Under the pieces are notes generated by a model. The model searched no databases. It saw only the letters and a program-made list of their open reading frames with translations, and was not told the origin of the DNA. A stretch of 56,564 bases of DNA, the filler included, from Catajapyx aquilonaris (Eukaryota): assembly GCA_000934665.2 (NCBI GenBank). It is 3 parts of 3 records of this genome, joined end to end, with 100 filler letters (N's around TTAATTAATTAA, not from the genome) between each part and the next. Parts side by side here need not be neighbours in the genome. Positions count along the whole stretch, not along the records: positions 37,792 to 56,564 come from JYFJ02006610.1; 2 more parts are not named here. One strand, given 5' to 3'. Below are positions 49,706 to 56,564 of this stretch, in pieces (position 1 is the stretch's first letter; each line of letters begins with the position of its first letter). The translations under genes and the position numbers were made by a program.

Positions 49706-50532
49706 CGACACACGTACACACACACTAACACAAACTTTCGTCATCCCTCCCATCACTGTCTCCAATGGGACAGTTCAAATGCGGGGCCAGTTGGTGGCCG
49801 TTTACCATCAACGACCAGCTCAAGATGGAATGCAGGTATGACGTCCGGCATCCAAGGTCCAAAGATCCGGAACGGCATCTCCCCAGCACAAACGGGGGTA
49901 AAGGGGGAATATCGTGGGTTCTACTATTCACGCATTTACAGACGTGACAGAGGGTGAATCCCATAGTAAAAAGGGGTCTTACAAAACCCCACCCACTCAT
50001 CCATTGGCATTCAATCAAATTCCCGCCGGAAGGGCATTGTGGGTCAGTAGTGGGCGAGGGGCCTCTCCTAGGACACTTCCTGTCTGAACACTTCCGGTCT
50101 GCGGCCTCCTGAGGTCACCTGTTTCCGGTTGAGGGGGCCACTCGATACCCACCTGTCGGTTACCGTTACATATCGTATCTCAACGTATGTCAATCCACAA
50201 CGTATGTATGTATGAGGCTATTTTTTTAACTGGTACCCACCTGTCGGCTACAGTTACTATCAATCATCACCTGACGTCACCCTGTCGACGTATGTATGTC
50301 AATCATAACCTAACGTAACTTAACGTCGTAACTTCACCCAACGGACATATGTATGTGACATATGAGGCTATTTTTTTAACAGGTACGCACCTGTCGGCGT
50401 GGTACAGTACGTGCAAACCATTTGTTGTCAACAGCTAAAAAAAACACAACAACCAATTGTTTCCAATCAATGTTACCAACAATGTTGTCAATCAGCACCT
50501 GGAATGTAAGGGGTATGACACGCAACAATCTG

Positions 50533-50862
50533 TCAATACATATTTATTGATGCTTCATTACAAGTTGACAGCATAGGATTAAAAATCAGTTCAGTTAGTG
50601 TTAGAGGTGACTCGTGTTCAACAATGCACGTACGAAGTGTAGCATCCCTCATCCCCTTGAACAGGTGCACATATTGTTGTAAAGCTGGCGATAGATCTGA
50701 AGCTGCTCTCAGTTGCTTTACAAAATTAATCAGTGGTTCCCCAGAGTACCAACCATTTTTACTCATACGTTTTAAGTTAGGTACTTGATCCCAAAAGTCT
50801 CCATCCAGTTCTCTTGTCATGTCAAGGAGGGGGAGGCTCACCTTCTTAGTGTATGTGATCAT
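50533..50862 (-). CDS. Hypothetical 109-aa protein (virus/Polinton-like compact ORF block)
   Basis: Intact ATG ORF with protein-like composition, 29 nt downstream of ORF 50892-51200; family not recognised. Confidence 0.4.
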   Translation of the reverse strand: MITYTKKVSLPLLDMTRELDGDFWDQVPNLKRMSKNGWYSGEPLINFVKQLRAASDLSPALQQYVHLFKGMRDATLRTCIVEHESPLTLTELIFNPMLSTCNEASINMY

Positions 50863-50891
50863 CAGGTAAAAAAATAGTTTTAAGTGACAAT

Positions 50892-51200
50892 CTAAATTAA
50901 ATAATGCTCAATACTCACCAAACCAGGACGAAGTGTATCCTGTCCCGCAATATCCGGGCAGGTGTACCATGATATACCACCCAAAAATGACAGTTGCCTC
51001 TTCCTCCTCAGTTTACAAGTGCAAGTGAACGAGCTGAATTGGCAAGGTGTGTAGGTATGATCCATTCCCGGTGGGATGAGATTGATGTCGTGCAACACTT
51101 CCTCCTGATTCCTCCAGAAATCAGTAACTTTTTCATCCTTCCACATTTTGGCACAGGTGTGGGGCCTAACCTTCACGTACAAAGTCACTCGAAGAGTCAT
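50892..51200 (-). CDS. Hypothetical 102-aa protein
   Basis: Good start context (CACCATG), preceded by CACCTG-rich repeats; family not recognised. Confidence 0.35.
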   Translation of the reverse strand: MTLRVTLYVKVRPHTCAKMWKDEKVTDFWRNQEEVLHDINLIPPGMDHTYTPCQFSSFTCTCKLRRKRQLSFLGGISWYTCPDIAGQDTLRPGLVSIEHYLI

Positions 51201-51746
51201 GGTGACACACGGAGTTGAAATTGGCGAATGAGAAAGACTTTTACAGTGTTGGAACAGGGTTGTGGATAGGTAGACACCTGCCCCTACCAGCTGAGACGTT
51301 ACACCTACACAACAGGTTTAACCCCAAATTGAGACACCTGCCCATACCAGCTGATCTGAGACGTTGAGAACATCCCTGTAAAAAAAAATCTATCTTACAC
51401 CTGTCGATCGTGAGGGGTCATCTAACGGTGACCCTGGTAAGGAAAATAAGAAGGTAGGTGTGTAGAGAATTCCATCTAGCGGCACCAACTAGGACAACAC
51501 CATCAAGCGGACCTTCACTTGCAGCTAAAAAAACAAGACCACCTCACCTGCATCGTATCCCCACCTGTTCCCAAATGTACCGAAGCCACCTGGAGGTCAT
51601 CTTAGCAAGGAGTAAAAACGTGTCGTTTGAGGTCACATAATGACACAATAATTGTAACTTTTTTTATTTATTATTCTTTATGTCTACAAGACTGGACAAA
51701 TCTGCAAAGAGATAATAATAATAATAATAATAATAATACTAATCTC

Positions 51747-51959
51747 TTAGAAGTCATCAACATGTTGTGACTGTTGTTGCTGCCGCTGCTGCTGATGTGT
51801 TATGAGCCTATCAATCGTCGATTGTGCAACCCGAAGTTCACATCTCCTTACCAGCCTATGGTAAATTCCGTAAATTAAAAAAAATAGGAGGATTGTGGTG
51901 GATGTGATTGTCATGATTAGGATTACCCCAATCCATTCACACTGAACTGATGGATCCAT
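51747..51959 (-). CDS. Hypothetical 70-aa single-pass membrane protein
   Basis: Hydrophobic WIGVILIMTITSTTILLFFLIYGIY, basic stop-transfer residues, poly-Q tail; AATAAA downstream. Confidence 0.45.
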   Translation of the reverse strand: MDPSVQCEWIGVILIMTITSTTILLFFLIYGIYHRLVRRCELRVAQSTIDRLITHQQQRQQQQSQHVDDF

Positions 51960-52415
51960 TCTATAATTTAAAAAAAAATGTTAGATACAGAATAATGTTC
52001 GCACAAATAAAACACACCTCTATAATGCTGAACGCTATCCACTCAAGTGCTCTTCTTATAGCTGATCATGATTTTCTGAAAAATCATTTCCGTCTAACAC
52101 TCTTCAGTTGCAAATCCCACGCTTCATTTTTCGCATATACATTTTTCATAAGACGGAAAAAAACCATCACATGGATGTCTACGCAGCTTAAATAATGTTC
52201 ATAATTAATCCGGATTAATGTATATGTTTGATAATCAATGTATAGTTAAATAAAACGGCTGCAAATGTCATGTGAGCAAAAGTTGGCGGCTAACGGTGTA
52301 ACCCACACCCCGCCAACCGAGCCATCATCTCCCCCGGCCCGGCATCACGTCAAAAAGTATGCCGTGATACATCACTTTTAAAAAAATTCATAGACGCTTG
52401 GGGTGAATACTTATA

Positions 52416-53266
52416 TGTCGCCGACAGATATTTATTTGAGAGTAGGATCAGTCGACTATAAGTTTTCTGTGTGAACGCAGGATGAGAGAAATAAGTACAC
52501 TTACTCCACAGTAAATGAGAAAGAGTTTATTGTTAACCTTTAATAAGAACAGTGAGAATATTACACCCTTTGACTCAACGGTACAAGTTCTGGGTGATAT
52601 TAGTATCAAGAATAAATACACGATTAAGACACTGGTACTCTTACGGGTTATGTGTGCTGGAATCAACGTCTGAGTTGGTTCGGAGGAGAAAAGGATGTCT
52701 TCTCCTGGTCCTGAAGTATACTCGAACGGATCAGTCGGGTTTCTGGTCTTCTCTGGTCAGCGGTGGTCTCGCCCGTGGTGTCCGCTCTTCGATCGTCTCT
52801 GGTGGTCTCCGGTTCTCCCTCTGGTCCTCTCTCGTGTGGCGCCGGTACTCTCCTCCTCGTCTTGGGGCAAAACGCTCCTATTTATAAGGAAACTACCCGG
52901 AAGGAATAGTGCTGATCTCGGCATGATTCAAGGCTGGCTCCGATGCACCGCGTAGGGGTGGAATGCATCCAGAGTTCTGCAGCTGCATGTACCGAGCACG
53001 GGGCTGACATATTGTCAACGGAATGCTGCGTCATCTTGTCCTAAGGAGGACCCTCTATCCTTGATGGGCAACAGGCATATATCGGCGCGTGCATTACAAG
53101 GTTATGTTATGCAACGTTATATGCGGGGATAATGGGGAATGATGCAATGGCTTAACCATGACTCAAAGCAATTAATGGGGCGTGAAACAATATGGATACT
53201 AGGTTACACTATGTCGCGTGTTGGACCTCATACACACTTAAGTGACCTAACCATAACATGGTCACA
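52416..53266 (-). mobile_element. 3' LTR of a Ty3/gypsy element with adjacent PPT
   Basis: Minus strand AAAATTTTGTCTTTTAGCGAGGGGAG|TGTGACC (PPT at about 53267-53277), internal TATAAATA near 52880, probable end ...GGCGACA; the left boundary is approximate. Confidence 0.7.
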
Positions 53267-53584
53267 CTCCCCTCGCTAAAAGACAAAATTTTCTTTGAAA
53301 CAAAAAAAATTTTCTCACTCATTTATTCCGTTACCAACTCAGGAAAAACTACATTGGTGCTCTTCAAATATATAAGGTGCATAATGATTAAGTTCAATTG
53401 TCCGCTTACATGGTTTTTCACACAAAAAATATAGGCTGCACTTAAAACATACCAATAAGCAAAAAAGAGGAAAAAAATCCTTCGAAGCACTACACTCGTG
53501 TATAAGGAAGGAGGGAAAAAAAGGAATAAGGGATAACCACTTTCAGGAGAAGATTAAAACTTTTGGAAGGGTGCACTTTTTCAT

Positions 53585-54230
53585 TCACTCTTCTGGGGTT
53601 TCCGCACTCGAGGAACCTGGTGGGGGACTGCGTCTGTGGTCCCACGTCACTCTTGTGCTGGTCGGCTGGATGGTCCAAAATTGCTCGGGATCCTCATCTT
53701 GGTCGTCTGTCGGATGCTGCTCTGGTGCGGGCTGTCTGCTCACGGATCCGGAGGCGGCTCCTGCCGACTCTCCTCTGGATGCGCCGGTCATCACGGCTGC
53801 TACCGCGGCCACCGCTGCCTCCATCTCCACCGGGTCGAATGAAGAGTTTGGCATTAACCAGTTACTGTGGAGGCGGCCTTCCTCCGTGGTGTCTTCGTGC
53901 CAGTACCAGTCACTCTCCGATGCCGTTGGGTAGTCTTGCGGAGCTGTGGACCACGGGGCATGGTTCGGCTCCCAGGCGCGGATCACTGCCCGTGATCCTA
54001 CTGGGAACCAATGCCAATCCGAGAGCCGGTTGGCATTGATCCTTATTATCTGCAGTCCACTATTGGAGGCGTCGTGGGTCACTAGAATCGATCCGTGAGG
54101 GATCGTAAAACCCTCCAACTGTAGCGGCTGATTTTGGTTCCGAGTCCCAGATTCCGAAGGGGGCAACGTGTAGAAGATGAACGGGTTTCCAGGTCTAGAA
54201 TAGTCTTCAAGGAGTGGTGGCAACGGATGG
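53585..54230 (-). CDS. Unknown-domain protein, copy C (longest; acidic low-complexity tail), directly upstream of PPT/3' LTR
   Basis: PLPPLLEDY...FTIPHGSILVTHDASNSGLQIIRINANRLSDWHWF; open to its stop at 53585; native start replaced by Transib sequence. Confidence 0.65.
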
Positions 54231-54431
54231 TACATGTACTCCATGCTGCGTATCCATGCTGCGTATCCATGCATGTAAGCTGTGAATGCCAAGTTTTATG
54301 CCGTCCTCACGAGTGCCACGCTGCATCACTGAATCCACGTCATTCATTTGCGAGGACTTCGCTCCACATATGTTGCATGTTTGAGAAGACTTAGTCTCAT
54401 TTAGAACATTACAAATCTTCCCATCTATCAT
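54231..54431 (-). mobile_element. Transib transposase core fragment
   Basis: MIDGKICNVLNETKSSQTCNICGAKSSQMN...LHAWIRSMEY matches the Transib/RAG1-like core (TMIDGK.CN...S.Q.C.ICGA....MN...LHAWIR). Confidence 0.85.
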
Positions 54432-54433
54432 AG

Positions 54434-54999
54434 TGTCGAACCCTCCGCGTAATCAAGGACTTACCTCAATTATCTGGAAGAGAACGAAAGTTGTGGCAAA
54501 CGCAGGAAAAAGTGGGAATGAATGTCGACACGACTCAAGTGTATTTAAATATTGGTTATTATTGACACTTGTTGTCCAACGACAACTCAAAAAGGTACAT
54601 TACACTTGTTGCCCAGTGACAACTGAATTTACACCGAAGTGTGCGGTTGACGTGCCTCTCTTACTGTTGCTGTCTTTTTCCATGGCGGGTAGCTTCCCGT
54701 CTATGCAGGAGAAGGTCACGGCCGCTGGTACATCTGGTCATCAAAGTGCGTCCGGATTGTTGGCAGGTCGTCTTCCAGTGGTCATCCTTCCTGTCTGTTG
54801 GATGGTCAGCTTAGGTGTCGTTGCCATTGTTAGAGAGTGGTTGTAGTCTTCAGATGTTGACCGACTACGCTCTCGCCAAAACAGGGAAGTGTTGGTCGCC
54901 ACATGTTGAGTGCCGCGCACATGGGGGAGGGTTGATTATTCGCGAATGGTAGATGAAGTTTTGAATTAGGCTTGGGTGACCGCACCACCCAGTACTACA
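54434..54999 (-). mobile_element. Possible solo LTR
   Basis: TGTAG...TTCGACA termini on the minus strand, abutting the Transib fragment; no TSD seen. Confidence 0.35.
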
Positions 55000-55289
55000 C
55001 AGTACTTGCAAAAATTAGACAATCACTCCCATTGAAAGCTGAAGGTTAATTTTGTTACATCTTATCGTCGAAAAGGGGGCCCACCGACTGTCCAGTATAC
55101 ACCTAGTCTTTCTTCAGCTGCAACCCGAAAATCAGCCAGGTCAAATTGATTTCATTGGCTCTTCATTAAAATGTTACGTTCCTTTTTGGACCCCACAATA
55201 TAATACCATCGCGATTAATAAATTTTATATGAAATGAAAAATGGCACATTCGATCGATGCTTCTGCTTTTTTACTACCCAAGGCATTTT

Positions 55290-56409
55290 GACATCAATTC
55301 CTACCTTATCGGCGAGGTCTGTAACCTCTTCGAAAATTTCTTCACACTTCTCTTCCACTTCTGCACAGACTTTTCTAAAACAGCAATTACGTCATTAACT
55401 GTGCGTTTTCCGGCAACAACGTCAATGGTCTTCTTCTGCAAAGATCGGCTTAAAGCTTGTGTCTTGGTCAGCAGATTTCCGAGGGACATGATAGCAACAA
55501 TACATTCACTCTCGCATAGAGCAGATGACAGCATTTTAGCCTTCGATGATGTCTTCGGATCATTCCACGTGGATATTTCTTCAAGAGCTTGGACAATTTC
55601 AGGTATGTTTTCCAGAAATTGCTCTATGCTGTCGTGCCTTTCCACCCACCTTGTTTCAGAGAGGCCAATGAGTTGTGAGCCCACAACTTTCTTCAGGACT
55701 GTTGCGTTTAGCAGACGTTCCAAAAAAAGAAACAACTTCTTTGATGGTGCCCTTATGTTCGGAATGCTGCTGGATTTGGATATCGAAATATTCAGTTTAT
55801 GGTTGAAGCAGGAGCAGTGGACAGCATTAGAAAGAGTTTTCTTAATTTCGTTAACAGCTCCACATGTGCTTGAGGTCCACAATGGATCCTAATACTTTTC
55901 TGTTATCGTCGACTTGCTGTTGGCGCTGAATTGATAGCTGGTTTGTTATTTCAGCACGAGGATTACTGAAAGTTACTAGGAAATCGTGAGCTGCTTCCAT
56001 AGCTTCCTTATGATATCTGTTTCCTTCGTGAACAGTCAGATCTCCATCCTTACCAGTCAGCTTGGAAAAATTGGTGAGTGGCTTTGTGACTAGTTTTGAG
56101 AGTGCAATCGTTTTTTGAACTCCTCCGGTTAGATTGGGGACAAACAGCGGACATATCTTACAGAAATAACCATGTTCACTATCAGAAAGAACAAACCAGT
56201 TTTTGAACGTATCAAGGTGCTTTCTACTTGCATATCTTTTTTTCTTTCTTTCCACTTCTGATTTTCTCGTGTTCAGAGTATGGAAATGAGTAGCAAGACG
56301 GTGGCGCCCAGTGGTTAGTAAGGATCTTGTGTTTCGTAAAATCGTCAATAGACGAAGGACTAGGATGGGCCTTTAAGATAGCACCGATGTCTACTTGATG
56401 ACTAGCCAA
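55290..56409 (-). mobile_element. hAT transposase (ZMYM1/PRKRIR-like), internally deleted and frameshifted
   Basis: GYFCKICPLF...LVTKPLTNFSKLTGKDGDL..HE...YHK (TTF zinc finger), HCSCFNHKLN, LSETRWVERHDS, LSRSLQKK.ID; the central DDE region is missing. Confidence 0.9.
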
Positions 56410-56564
56410 TACTTCAGCTTGACTTTGTGCTGGTCTTCCCCCATCGGCTTCTGCAATGTTTGTTTTGTTTGTTTTGTGCTTTATTTAGTCCGTCGGCCTG
56501 CAGCTAATGCCGCTTGGCCGACCCTCCTCTTTCCTCACATGATTGCATTCACATTTATCGACAT

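Noticed and set aside
37792..56564. One intact LTR retrotransposon or a CRISPR-like array
   Set aside because: Domains are out of order, from different families and lack paired LTRs; there is no regular repeat-spacer periodicity, and the DNA is eukaryotic.

Overview
Eukaryotic (arthropod-like) genomic DNA made of three roughly 18.8-kb pieces (1-18797, 18898-37691, 37792-56564). They are joined by artificial 44N-TTAATTAATTAA-44N linkers and are probably unrelated, size-sorted contigs. Piece 1 is a compact, probably chemosensory cluster: three tandem 8-exon CD36/SNMP-family genes, an intronless divergent ionotropic receptor (IR), a 6-exon secreted 8-Cys odorant-binding-protein-like gene that the ORF track misses, and an IR fragment, interspersed with MITEs, a tRNA-SINE and a Helitron. 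Piece 2 is repeat-rich, with a USP47-like pseudogene and Transib, pogo, mariner and Academ-like remnants. Piece 3 is a mosaic of transposon and virus-like fragments (Ty3/gypsy gag/RT/env/LTRs, Tc1, CACTA, Transib, hAT). Nearly all lie on the minus strand, as expected of a uni-strand piRNA cluster. It also preserves unrecognised LTR-element accessory genes: a novel domain in three divergent copies and a stand-alone retropepsin with Asp-to-Cys at the active site. All calls come from manual reading and motif recall; no database searches were run.
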